Source: Thermoplasmata archaeon
GTDB lineage: Archaea; Thermoplasmatota; Thermoplasmata; RBG-16-68-12; JAFNFQ01
Direction of reading: 5' to 3'
NCBI GenBank assembly: GCA_041489255.1
Contig: JBGPQV010000007.1
Span: 34,362-98,361, forward strand
DNA: 64,000 nt
Under the pieces are notes generated by a model. That model did no database searches and was not told where the DNA came from. It saw only the letters and a program-made list of their open reading frames with translations. Positions 21,226 to 30,600 of the stretch are shown one piece after another (position 1 is the first letter of the stretch; each line of letters opens with the position of its first letter). Made by a program: the position numbers and the translations under genes.

Positions 21226-21256
21226 TGTCAAATACCCCCGTTGTCGTCGGTGCGAC

Positions 21257-22021
21257 GTGGCGGATACGGTCACACTGCTTCTGATTGCCGCAGCCGGCAT
21301 GTCCACGGCCCTCGGTGGCATCTTGATCGTCGCGATTCGCCGCCTGACGCACCGCATGCACGACACGATTCTGGGCCTCGGCGCCGGCATCATGCTCGGA
21401 GTCTCCGTCTTCGATCTCCTCCTCCAGCTGGGCGAGCACCGGAGTGAGGACTGGCTCCTCATCGCCGCCGGGATCGTCGGCGGAACGGCAGTGGTCGCCG
21501 TCCTAATCGGAGTGTTCCGCAAGATGCCCCTCCCGATGCCCTTCGTCAAGAACTCCGCGCCCGACACGACGGGAGCCGCGTTCCTGCTCGTCATCGCCCT
21601 GATGATCCACAATCTGCCGGAAGGACTGGCCACGGGCATAGGCTACGGACACGGTCCGACCACCTTGGGCAACAGCATCGCTGCTTCAATCGCGTTCCAG
21701 AACATCCCCGAAGGGCTGCTCGTTGCGGTGGCGGTGCTCGCCGAGACTGGTTCGAAGCGCGCGGGCTTCAGCTACGCGGTGCTCAGCGGCGCCGTCGAGC
21801 CCGTTGCGGGATATGTCGCGTACTTCGCCCTGTCAGTCTCCCCCGCAACCGTCGGAGTCGTTTCGGGCTTCGCGGCGGGTGCGATGCTCGCAGTCGTCTT
21901 CTTCCAGATGATACCGGAGAGTCACAGGCACGGCTACAGAGTGCCTGCGACTGCAGCTCTCGCAGCCGGGGTCCTGCTGGTCGTGGCGGTGAACCTAGCG
22001 CTCGGGCAGATCAGATTATGA
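21257..22021 (+). CDS. ZIP family metal transporter
   Basis: IHNLPEGLA and FQNIPEG motifs, multi-TM. Confidence 0.9.
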   Translation: MADTVTLLLIAAAGMSTALGGILIVAIRRLTHRMHDTILGLGAGIMLGVSVFDLLLQLGEHRSEDWLLIAAGIVGGTAVVAVLIGVFRKMPLPMPFVKNSAPDTTGAAFLLVIALMIHNLPEGLATGIGYGHGPTTLGNSIAASIAFQNIPEGLLVAVAVLAETGSKRAGFSYAVLSGAVEPVAGYVAYFALSVSPATVGVVSGFAAGAMLAVVFFQMIPESHRHGYRVPATAALAAGVLLVVAVNLALGQIRL

Positions 22022-22237
22022 GCGTTAGCCACCGACTATCTGCGCACTCTTTTGGCCGATCACAGAGAAAGGAGATCAAGTCGGGGAATCTCTGTCTTAT
22101 GATATTACATAAATGCGACGGTTCAATCTGAAGTCTCATGTCGACCTCGGGCGCACGCCTTGGGTCGCCGTCCGCAGGCACGCCAATCACGTCAGGTTGA
22201 TGAAGAGCGAGTCCCATATGATAATACGGAGTCAAAC

Positions 22238-22678
22238 ATGTCAATAGACGAGAGCGAGAGCGCATGGGAGCTGATGGGGAAACGGTATATCGTTACCCCG
22301 GAGCGACGGGCCTCCGATGCAGGACCGGACGAGGACCAGCCCTGGCCAAAAGGGATCGCCGAAGACCTCGCGAGCGACAGTAGCCTCATCGCCAGGAACG
22401 AGGACCGCATGATATTCGCTGAGAAGCAGAGCGCGGAAATATGGCGGAAGCGCATGAACCGTGAGGCGCTCGCCTCGGCGGAGAATTGGGACGTCAGAGA
22501 AGTGAGGATAATCAGGAGGGACGGGGCGCTGGCGAAGGCGATCGAGGAAGCTGGCGTCACACCCATATCATGCGAGGACTACTATGTCCTGGACACGGAC
22601 TTCCTCGAGCGCGGCCTCGCCCTGGAACTGGTCATGGCGCTCAGGAAGAGGATCGAGTCCTTGGAGCGATCCGAGTAG
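22238..22678 (+). CDS. Hypothetical protein
   Basis: ATG at 22238 with GGAG upstream; coding-like composition; no family recognised. Confidence 0.6.
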   Translation: MSIDESESAWELMGKRYIVTPERRASDAGPDEDQPWPKGIAEDLASDSSLIARNEDRMIFAEKQSAEIWRKRMNREALASAENWDVREVRIIRRDGALAKAIEEAGVTPISCEDYYVLDTDFLERGLALELVMALRKRIESLERSE

Positions 22679-22711
22679 CGATTTCCCTGAACTAGTCACG
22701 CGAAGGGCTCA

Positions 22712-23098
22712 ATGGCGAAGACTAACCTCCCTCTAGAGGTGATATCGACGCCAGTGTTCTACGTCGTGGACTACTATTCGAAATATGACCGGACGGGAGA
22801 GTTCATAGCCATCGTCAAGTCGGACAAGGGCCGCAGACTGATCCAGGACGTCGAGAAGGAGACGGGAGCGGAGTTCCGCGGGACATACTTCCCGCTCATG
22901 GGGTTCAGCGAGTACACCGCCGAGGACTGGCGGGAGCTCCCGGACTACGGGGCGCTGAGCAAGTTCCGGGATTCGCAGGCGTGGAACAAGGCGCTCCAGG
23001 AGTTCAACCAGTTCTACGACAACGCCCACCCGTTCAAGGCAAGATTATTGGGGTCCATCAGCGACGTTAAGGCGACCGGGCTGCGCGAGACGAAGTAA
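22712..23098 (+). CDS. Hypothetical protein (possible dimeric alpha+beta barrel)
   Basis: Co-oriented with the previous ORF; coding-like; fold guess from pattern only. Confidence 0.6.
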   Translation: MAKTNLPLEVISTPVFYVVDYYSKYDRTGEFIAIVKSDKGRRLIQDVEKETGAEFRGTYFPLMGFSEYTAEDWRELPDYGALSKFRDSQAWNKALQEFNQFYDNAHPFKARLLGSISDVKATGLRETK

Positions 23099-23121
23099 GG
23101 GTGGAAGACCCCATCACAATC

Positions 23122-23883
23122 TCAGACAGAGAGAAGCAGTCCAGTGAAGTACATCAGCAGGATGCCAAGGGCGATTCCCGCAAACATGCTCCTCGGGGAG
23201 GTCGACAGTCTCAGGAGTTCGACCGCGACGAACAGCAAGGCACCTCCCGCCACAGAGAAGAAGAGGACGCCCAGGAGTTCTGAGTATGCCAGGGAGCCTA
23301 TCACGCTCCCTATGATCGTCGGGAACCCCGCGATGAAACCCATGGCCAGAGGCTGTCTCAGCCGCATCGGCGTGTCGGACACCGGCCCAGCAATCCCGAG
23401 CCCCTCGGTCCCGTTGTGGAGCGCGAACCCGACAACGAGGGCGGTTGTCAGTGCGAACTGACCCGCCCCATAAGCGGCACCGAGGGCGAGCCCTTCGCCG
23501 AAGTTGTGCAGTCCGATTCCTAAGGCCATCATGTAGGCGGTGAGCAGCTTGGAGTCGCTTCCCGCCAAAGCGGAAGACCCGGGCGAGGTCGGTGCAACGA
23601 TGCTCCCTCGCCGATGATGGAATAACAATGCGGGACCTACGAGCCCCAAGGTCAGACCGATGACGAAAAGGAGCGGACCGACTGGGGACACCTTGGCCAT
23701 TTCCACGGATTCGCCCGTGACGTCAGCGAAGAGGAACATGAGTATTCCGGTGGAAAAGCTGAGGAGCAGGCTTCTCCAATGTGGAGGGAGCCTCCTAAAG
23801 AGTGGTATTGGCATGAGCCCCAGGTAGACTGGTACCAAACCGGCGAGGATCCCGATCAGGATGGGGTTTGCGATGTCCGCCAT
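23122..23883 (-). CDS. ZIP family metal transporter (second, divergent)
   Basis: LHNFGEGLA and LHNGTEG motifs, multi-TM. Confidence 0.9.
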   Translation of the reverse strand: MADIANPILIGILAGLVPVYLGLMPIPLFRRLPPHWRSLLLSFSTGILMFLFADVTGESVEMAKVSPVGPLLFVIGLTLGLVGPALLFHHRRGSIVAPTSPGSSALAGSDSKLLTAYMMALGIGLHNFGEGLALGAAYGAGQFALTTALVVGFALHNGTEGLGIAGPVSDTPMRLRQPLAMGFIAGFPTIIGSVIGSLAYSELLGVLFFSVAGGALLFVAVELLRLSTSPRSMFAGIALGILLMYFTGLLLSV

Positions 23884-23926
23884 TGAGACAGTTGCTTACT
23901 GCATCTGCCTACTTCAAGTCTTGCGG

Positions 23927-23942
23927 TTTAGAGCTACCTAAT
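23927..23942 (-). promoter_or_regulatory. Putative DtxR/MntR-family operator upstream of ZIP transporter 2
   Basis: Minus strand ATTAGGTAGCTCTAAA = TTAG-N6-CTAA palindrome. Confidence 0.55.
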
Positions 23943-23952
23943 TCTCTGCGCC

Positions 23953-24065
23953 TCAGGATTCTCGAATCCCGTCCACAGCCCGCTCCGCTTCCTTCTTCGG
24001 CTCCCTAGCCTCGGATAGCGCCCGACAATCGCGCAGTCCGCCCCTGCCATGATCGCATCCGAAGC
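23953..24065 (-). pseudogene. Decayed, frameshifted duplicate of the pyrF 3' end
   Basis: Reads ASDAIMAGADCAIVGR / ALSEAREPKKEAERAVDGIR versus pyrF AADAIRAGADYVIVGRAIYEAKEPRKEAEQVIEGIR. Confidence 0.8.
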
Positions 24066-24109
24066 GCATCAGTCGGGCGGCGACATACACTCTCTCCATG
24101 ATGTGGGAT

Positions 24110-24820
24110 CCTCGGACAACTGTGGGACATCCGGGGACAATCGCATGAGATCCACGAGCAGTTCGATGCAACTTTCAGAAATCCGTCATGAACCCTCCAA
24201 CGCTCCGCGCGCAACCCCAAACAATCGGAAGGACTCCCCCAACGAACCGCGCGGGATTCAAGACAATCGATAGATATCTCCGGATGGCCAAAACCCACTT
24301 CCAGACGATTGTCCGGGACTTCCAGACAACCCTCTGGGACCTCCAGAAGGATCTCTCGCGGTCCCAGACGACCATTTTGGACCATCAGAGGTCCGAATGG
24401 GGGTCCGGACGACCCGAACCACCCGCCAGACGACTCTCTGATACCTCCAGAGGATCGTTCGGGACCTCCAGAAGACCGTCTGGCGGTCGCGGAGGGCTGA
24501 AGGAGGGGGGTTAGAGCCTTCTGACACTTCCAGACGACTGTCTGGGACTAGCTTCGGACCGTCTGACGGTTCCTCCGGACTTTCTGGCGTTGTCAGAAGA
24601 CCGTCTGGCGGTTCCAGACGACTGTCTGGGACTCGCCTTGAATCCGCTGGATAAGGGATTGGATCGGCTGAAGATGCGTTCGCGTGCTCTCGCGGTCCGT
24701 CAGGACCCGCTTGATATTGGATTGAGTCGGCTGGAGGTGTGTCGGAGTGTTCTCAAGGTCCGCGAGGGTCGTCCGGGATTGGACGCGGATCGTCGAGAGG
24801 TGGGATCCAATCGGCTGATG
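24110..24820. repeat. Degenerate 21-bp periodic repeat tract with palindromic units
   Basis: CCAGA at 24301, 24322, 24343, 24364, then 24426, 24447, 24468; CCAGAC-GACT-GTCTGG twice (24530, 24614). Confidence 0.8.
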
Positions 24821-24910
24821 GACGCTCTTCCGTGTCTGTTGCAATCCTGCACACAGACCGGTCTTGTTCGCGGCGGGAAAGAATCAACAGAGGCTTTCCT
24901 CGAATGAAGA

Positions 24911-24946
24911 GGAAAAGAAAAAAATGCCCCCCTTTTGGCGGGGGGC
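24911..24946 (-). terminator. GC hairpin plus T-tract terminator
   Basis: Minus strand GCCCCCC-GCCAAAA-GGGGGGC followed by a T-rich run, just downstream of the small ORF ending at 24981. Confidence 0.7.
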
Positions 24947-24980
24947 TTGGGAAACGCGGGTTCGCAACCGCCAATGGACG

Positions 24981-25154
24981 CTACTTCATCGCTTCCTGGA
25001 CCGGGACCGGCAGCGGCTCCGCAGCCGTCTGATCCCCCGCCTGCCTGACCTTGCTCCGGAGGCGCTGGAAGACCTTCGCCGACTCGCTGTTCTTCTCCAC
25101 CGCCGCCATCATCATGTCGATCGTGCCCGATGTGACGACGTACGCGCGGTGCAT
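24981..25154 (-). CDS. Small hypothetical protein (57 aa), not in the ORF track
   Basis: MHRAYVVTSGTIDMMMAAVEKNSESAKVFQRLRSKVRQAGDQTAAEPLPVPVQEAMK; GC3-rich codons; followed by a terminator. Confidence 0.55.
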   Translation of the reverse strand: MHRAYVVTSGTIDMMMAAVEKNSESAKVFQRLRSKVRQAGDQTAAEPLPVPVQEAMK

Positions 25155-25358
25155 TGTCGTGGGATTCTGTACCTCGCCGCTGTCAAAAGCCGACTACGAG
25201 TCAGCCAACGGGTGGATGAGGAATCTTGCGAATGTCGCAGGCATTCGTTTCCGAGATGTTGTCTATTTCGAGGGCCAACCATCGGTATTCGACAATGACT
25301 CTAGAAACGCTGGGCCACCAGCAAGACGGAATCGTGTGCATAACGGAAAGTGGATATC

Positions 25359-26006
25359 CTAAGATCGGAAAGTTACGCGAATGCCTTCAATGACCTGTTC
25401 CGCTTCCTTCCTCGGCTCCTTCGCCTCGTATATCGCCCGCCCCACGATCACGTAATCCGCCCCTGCTCTGATTGCGTCGGCAGCGCTCCCGCCCTGCGCA
25501 CCGACTCCAGGCGTCGCGATGCGGAGACTCCCGACAATCTCCCTCATCCTCCTAATCCTTTCCGGCCTCGTGGCGGGAGCGATGATGCCAGTTGCCCCGA
25601 CCTTCACCGCCATCCTCGCGATCTCCTCCGCTATCGGCGCGCTGAACCTCTCAGCCCCGGGGTGGCTCATCTCCGTCACAACGAACACGTCGCCCTTGGC
25701 GGCATCCACGCACGCTTTCACCGAGTCCTCGCCTGGGAAGCCGTGGACGATCACGCCCGATGCCCCGCGGCGGAAAGCCTCCTGCACGATGAGGCGGTTG
25801 GTGTTCGGGATGTCGGCGACCTTGAAGTCGCAGAGCACGTCCGACTCCTTCGCGAGCTTTGTGATGATTTCGGGTCCGACCCCTAGGATGATCGGCCAGT
25901 TGACCTTGATGGCGTCAACGAGGTTTTTCACTTCGCCCGCGATTTTGAGCGCCCTCTTTTCCTCCACGACATCGAGCGCCAGAATCAGATGAGAGTCGAG
26001 CTTCAT
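25359..26006 (-). CDS. pyrF: Orotidine-5'-phosphate decarboxylase
   Basis: LILALD, DFKVADIPNT (DxKxxD), TPGVGAQGG, IVGRAIY. Confidence 0.95.
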   Translation of the reverse strand: MKLDSHLILALDVVEEKRALKIAGEVKNLVDAIKVNWPIILGVGPEIITKLAKESDVLCDFKVADIPNTNRLIVQEAFRRGASGVIVHGFPGEDSVKACVDAAKGDVFVVTEMSHPGAERFSAPIAEEIARMAVKVGATGIIAPATRPERIRRMREIVGSLRIATPGVGAQGGSAADAIRAGADYVIVGRAIYEAKEPRKEAEQVIEGIRVTFRS

Positions 26007-26031
26007 CGCCCGCCGTCTAGGTGCACGCGCG

Positions 26032-26046
26032 ATATAAGCGTTTTTC
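26032..26046 (-). promoter_or_regulatory. Putative BRE/TATA promoter of pyrF
   Basis: Minus strand GAAAAACGCTTATAT about 26 nt upstream of the ATG, consistent with a leaderless transcript. Confidence 0.5.
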
Positions 26047-26050
26047 CGGG

Positions 26051-26185
26051 CTAGCGGGCAAACCTTCTCTCCTCACCGAGGGGCTTCGTCGGCGCCTGCT
26101 TGCAGCACGCCGAGCAGTCCCGGCACCGCCAGTCCGCCGCGCACAGCACTGCGACCGTGGTGCCGCATGACGGACAGTCTATCAT
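26051..26185 (-). CDS. Small Cys-rich zinc-finger-like protein (44 aa), not in the ORF track
   Basis: MIDCPSCGTTVAVLCAADWRCRDCSACCKQAPTKPLGEERRFAR; CPxCG motif. Confidence 0.6.
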   Translation of the reverse strand: MIDCPSCGTTVAVLCAADWRCRDCSACCKQAPTKPLGEERRFAR

Positions 26186-26298
26186 GTTGCCCTTACGGCA
26201 TGCCTAGAATGTATACCTTGGCGATTCCACGAGGATTTTTGGGGCGGAGCAACTATTAAGTAAGATGCCTACAATCCTTCTCGCGAGTTCCAAGAGCC

Positions 26299-26853
26299 AT
26301 GCCCGAAAACCGCCACGTGAAATCGAAGGTCTGCCTCGTCGGCGAGGCAGCGGTCGGCAAGACCTCCCTCGTCCGCCGCTACGTCGTGGACGAGTTCGAC
26401 GACAAGTACATCACCACCCTGGGGGCGAAGGTCTCCAAGAAGGAGATGGAGTACGACTACCCGGAGAAGGACATCCACGTGGACATGGACATGACCATTT
26501 GGGACATCATGGGCGAGAAGGGGTTCAGGGATCTCCTCAGCGACGCTTACTTCCAGGGAGCGAAAGGGGTGATCGCGGTCTGCGATATCACCCGCATATC
26601 GACCGTGAAGGAGCTCGACGACTGGATCAAGTCTGTCTTCGAGGTGGTCGGCGAGGTCCCCGTGGTCTACGCGGTGAACAAGAACGACCTGCGGGACGAG
26701 GTCATGCTGATGTTCACGGAGAAAGACCTGAAGCAGTGGACGCGTGCCTTCGACGCGCAGTACTTCTACACCTCGGCGAAGACGGGGGAGAACGTGGAGA
26801 AGGCGTTCAAGGCGCTCGGGGCCGCGATCGTGGCGAAATCTGGCGTGTTATAG
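26299..26853 (+). CDS. Rab/Ras-like small GTPase 1
   Basis: G1 GEAAVGKTS, G2 TTLG, G3 WDIMG, G4 NKND, G5 TSAK. Confidence 0.92.
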   Translation: MPENRHVKSKVCLVGEAAVGKTSLVRRYVVDEFDDKYITTLGAKVSKKEMEYDYPEKDIHVDMDMTIWDIMGEKGFRDLLSDAYFQGAKGVIAVCDITRISTVKELDDWIKSVFEVVGEVPVVYAVNKNDLRDEVMLMFTEKDLKQWTRAFDAQYFYTSAKTGENVEKAFKALGAAIVAKSGVL

Positions 26854-26933
26854 GCTCTGAGAATCACGGCGGAGAATCTAAATAGCCTCCTTTTAGCTGG
26901 CTTGACGCTTCTGCAGTCAGGGGGCCCGCGGGA

Positions 26934-27485
26934 ACGAGCACTGTCGTCAAGGAACTGAAGAGCAAGATATGCCTTGTCGGTGAGAAGAGCGTCGGCAAGA
27001 CATCCCTCATACGACGCTTCGTCCTCGACACATTCGACGACAAGTACGTGGTGACCGTCGGCACAAAGATCACGAAGAAGGAGGTCAACGTCTTCAAGCC
27101 GGAGCTTGAGGGCGAGGTCCGCGTCGACATGACGATCTGGGACATCATGGGCGAGAAGGGGTTCAGGGAGCTCCTCAAGGACGCTTACTTCTACGGGGCG
27201 AACGGCGTCCTTGCTGTGGCCGACCTGACGAGGAAGAAATCGCTCAACGACCTGGACGACTGGATCGACGGCGTCGAGAAGATAGCCGGCAAGGTGCCTA
27301 TATTCATCGCGGTGAACAAGTGCGACCTGATCGATCAGGCGCAGTTCTCGCTAAAGGAGGTCTCGCAGATGGCGAAGGCCTTCGATTCCGAATTCCTTCA
27401 CACTTCGGCGAAGACGGGAGAGGGGGTCGAGCAGTGCTTCAAGAAGCTAGGGGATTTGGTGGTCGAGCATCAGCTTGGCATGTAG
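26934..27485 (+). CDS. Rab/Ras-like small GTPase 2 (apparent ACG start)
   Basis: Frame is open upstream of 27048 and encodes KSKICLVGEKSVGKTS (G1); no in-frame ATG/GTG/TTG between the TAG at 26883 and the P-loop; ACG at 26934 aligns with the GTPase 1 start. Confidence 0.85.
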   Translation, partial: TSTVVKELKSKICLVGEKSVGKTSLIRRFVLDTFDDKYVVTVGTKITKKEVNVFKPELEGEVRVDMTIWDIMGEKGFRELLKDAYFYGANGVLAVADLTRKKSLNDLDDWIDGVEKIAGKVPIFIAVNKCDLIDQAQFSLKEVSQMAKAFDSEFLHTSAKTGEGVEQCFKKLGDLVVEHQLGM

Positions 27486-27636
27486 GCATTGTTAGATGCG
27501 CCGCTCCGACATACTTAAATATGCGGAGGTGGATGAAAAGCCCCCTCGGCGCAGGCGCGGGATTGCCCGGCATATGGAAGCTCTTTGGTCATTGTGTGGG
27601 GGCTTCTGACCCGGGAAGCGAGAAGGGAAGGCGATC

Positions 27637-30600
27637 ATGAGGCGAGACACGGAAAGACGATGGTCGGGCATTGCCATCCTCCTAGTCCTGACTCTGCCGG
27701 GAGGCTTCATCGGTTCTTTCGCGCCGATGGCGGGTGGAGTGCCGTCTGTCAAGAACCTGGAGACGGGGAACAAGACGGTGAGCTGGAACTTCACTGATCC
27801 TGCGGACTACTCTTTCACGAATGTCACTTTGGCGGGTCGACTTGACCAGACCAGCGACGTGCTGACGCAGGACGCGACTCAAGATCTAGTGGCTAATGGT
27901 ACGTGGGATAACACAAACCTCACGATATCTGGCGGATCAATTGCTAGTCGCGAGTTCAGAAAGGAATTGGTCATAAACGGGACATTTGACGCGTCACCAC
28001 CATGGAGGTACGCAAATGGAACGGGCGGCAATCTGTCCGCTGAATGGAGTGCAGCTAATCGGACAGCGAGCTACGTCCATAGTCGAGGGGCGTCAGCCGC
28101 TGTACAGTTCGATGAGATGGATGCCGTAGCAGGATGGACTTACTCCTCCACAGGCACTCCCTCCCCGCTGGGAGGCATATCACTGGACAATGTTTATTTC
28201 AAAGAGCCAACAGCGTCGATTCTCCTAGATGTGAGATTTAGGGGGGATCCGACCGGCTGGGCCGCTGCGAGACGGCTTGGCCTCTGGGATTGGTCATCCT
28301 ACAATATGCTATCCGTGTGGCTGAATACAACATACATAGCTCCAGAAGTTCCGCTCGCCTTTGTCAATTTGGTCGCCGGCGGATCGCCCTGTGATTCGGC
28401 TCTTGCTTGGATGAAACCCGGCTGGTCAAGGTATTATTTTGATATCTCAGGATGCTCAGGCCTGACGGCCGTGACGGATGTTGATTTCCGTTTCACTAAT
28501 GTGACTGGTAACTCATGGGAGCAGATATGGGTCGATGATGTCTGGCTCTATCATTTCGACAACATCACTCAATCGGCTAGCATCTCTCAGGACATTCTGA
28601 AGATGAACTTCACTGCCCCTAATCCAATGACGCTCCTTCTGAGTTTCGACTACAAGGTTGATTCCGCGGCTAATCTCACCGACGCGAACCTCACCGCCTG
28701 GATCAACGGCGCTCTTCTGTCAATCCCGCCAATCCCCGCTAACGCGCCGATCGGTTGGACGCACGCGAGCTACGACATCAGCGTCGCCCTGACCGGGAAA
28801 GGGCTTTTCAATCTATCATTCATCGCAAGCCTATCACTGTTTACTCCTTATGCCACATCAATGAAAGTGGAGATAGACAACACTTCTGTGACCGTCCCCG
28901 ACTACCATGGGGGCATCTACGAATCCGTTCCGTTCAATCTTGGCCACGCCGTGCGCTTCGACAACATCTCGTTCGCATCGTCTAGCCACCCGGACACGAA
29001 CGTCACGGTCGAGGTCCGCGGCGGTTGGTCGAACCAGACGGACGACGGCTCATGGACTCCATGGGAGCAGCACTTCAATTCGTCAGAGATTCTTCTGAAC
29101 AATTCCAGCGCCAGTTTCCTTCAGTATCGCGTGATCCTGAACACCACGAACGCCAGCGCGGCGGTCTCCTTCGACTGGATCAAGTTCGAATTCCACAGAT
29201 ACGTCGATGGCGGCAGCGTGCAGACGGTCGACTGGTCTCCGCCAGAGACTCTGATCGGTTGGAGGCGGTTCGGGGCGAACTACACCGTTCCGCCGTTCAC
29301 CTCAGTTGATTTCTACATCTCCAACGACACAGGTTCCATCTGGTATCCGGTCATGCCTGGCGATTCCCTCGATACGCTTGGCGGCAACACGATCAGCATC
29401 AAGGCGGAATTCGAGACCCTCAACACGACATTCACGCCCGAGTTGTTCGAGCTCAACGTGACCTATGAGTTCCTCGGGCCGCTGGACAAGATCACCGTGA
29501 GCCCGGCGACATGGTCAGGCACCGCGGACGATCAGATATCATTCACCGCCAAGGCGAACGACCAATGGGGCCACCTGATCACGCTATTCACCCCGATTTG
29601 GACCGATGATGATCCTGCCGGCAGCGTCAATCCCAGCGGCCTGTATCAGGCTGGTACAGAAGGGAACTGGCACGTATGTGCCTCTTCTCTGGGAATCGTT
29701 GACTGCGCCAACGTGACCGTCACTCACGGAAGGTTGGTCCGCATCGATATCAGCCCGACCTCTGCCTTCGTGATGGCGAAGACCACCCGCCTTTTCAGCG
29801 CTTCGGGCTTCGACGTCTTCGGCAACGACGTCCCCCTCACGGACACTTCATGGACCACCGATGTCGGCAACTTCAGCAGCCTCACGCCGGCAAACGCCAT
29901 TTTCATGGCTATCGGAGTGCCCGGTGTGGGCAGTGTCTGGGCCAAACACAATTCCGCGTCAGGCCTCCTCGTGGCGCGGGCGGACGTGACAGTGACCGCA
30001 TCGAACACGGTGGTCATCCAGGGCCTCGTGCCGAACCAGAGTAAGCCCGAGGACTCCCCGCCGTGGCAGCTGAATCTGACGCCCTACCTGCCGCCGGGCC
30101 CGAGTCCAGACGACCTGATGTGGTACCTCGAGGACAAGAACGAGGCGCTCTACACGGTCCTCGGCGAGAGACGCTTCGGCCAGCACGTCCTCACGTTCTA
30201 TCCCAAGCAGGACGCGTTCGGCGACAATGACGTGACCCTCTGGCTGGAGGACCGTCTCGGCGCGAGAGACTCTCAGCCCCTCCTTGTCTCCCTGACGCCC
30301 GTGAACGACCCTCCGGTGTTCTATGACGTCCCACGCTTGCAGATCAAGGCTGGGGTCTCCTACGTATTCGACTACTCGCCTTATGTCTACGACGTCGACA
30401 CCCCCAAGGACATGCTCATCCTCAGCACCGACGACCAGACGCACACGAAGACCGTCGGGCTCACCGTCAATTACACCTACGATTCGAGCTACGCAGGACA
30501 GACGGTCATGGTCCGCTTGAGAATATCTGACGGCTCAAGTTCATCCTCCACGATCCAGCTCATCGACATAGTCGGCGGCGACAACGCCTGCCCGCACGTG

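Noticed and set aside
22011-22265. 84-aa minus-strand ORF between the ZIP gene and the hypothetical
   Set aside because: Overlaps the likely promoter and start of the + strand gene; no motif support
24005-24907. Multiple overlapping 60-126 aa ORFs on both strands
   Set aside because: By-products of the stop-poor 21-bp tract; none has clear start signals or family motifs
25154-25244. Pyrrolysine readthrough extending the 57-aa ORF through the TAG at 25194-25196
   Set aside because: No pyl genes or methylamine methyltransferase context in the window; the extension has no recognisable features
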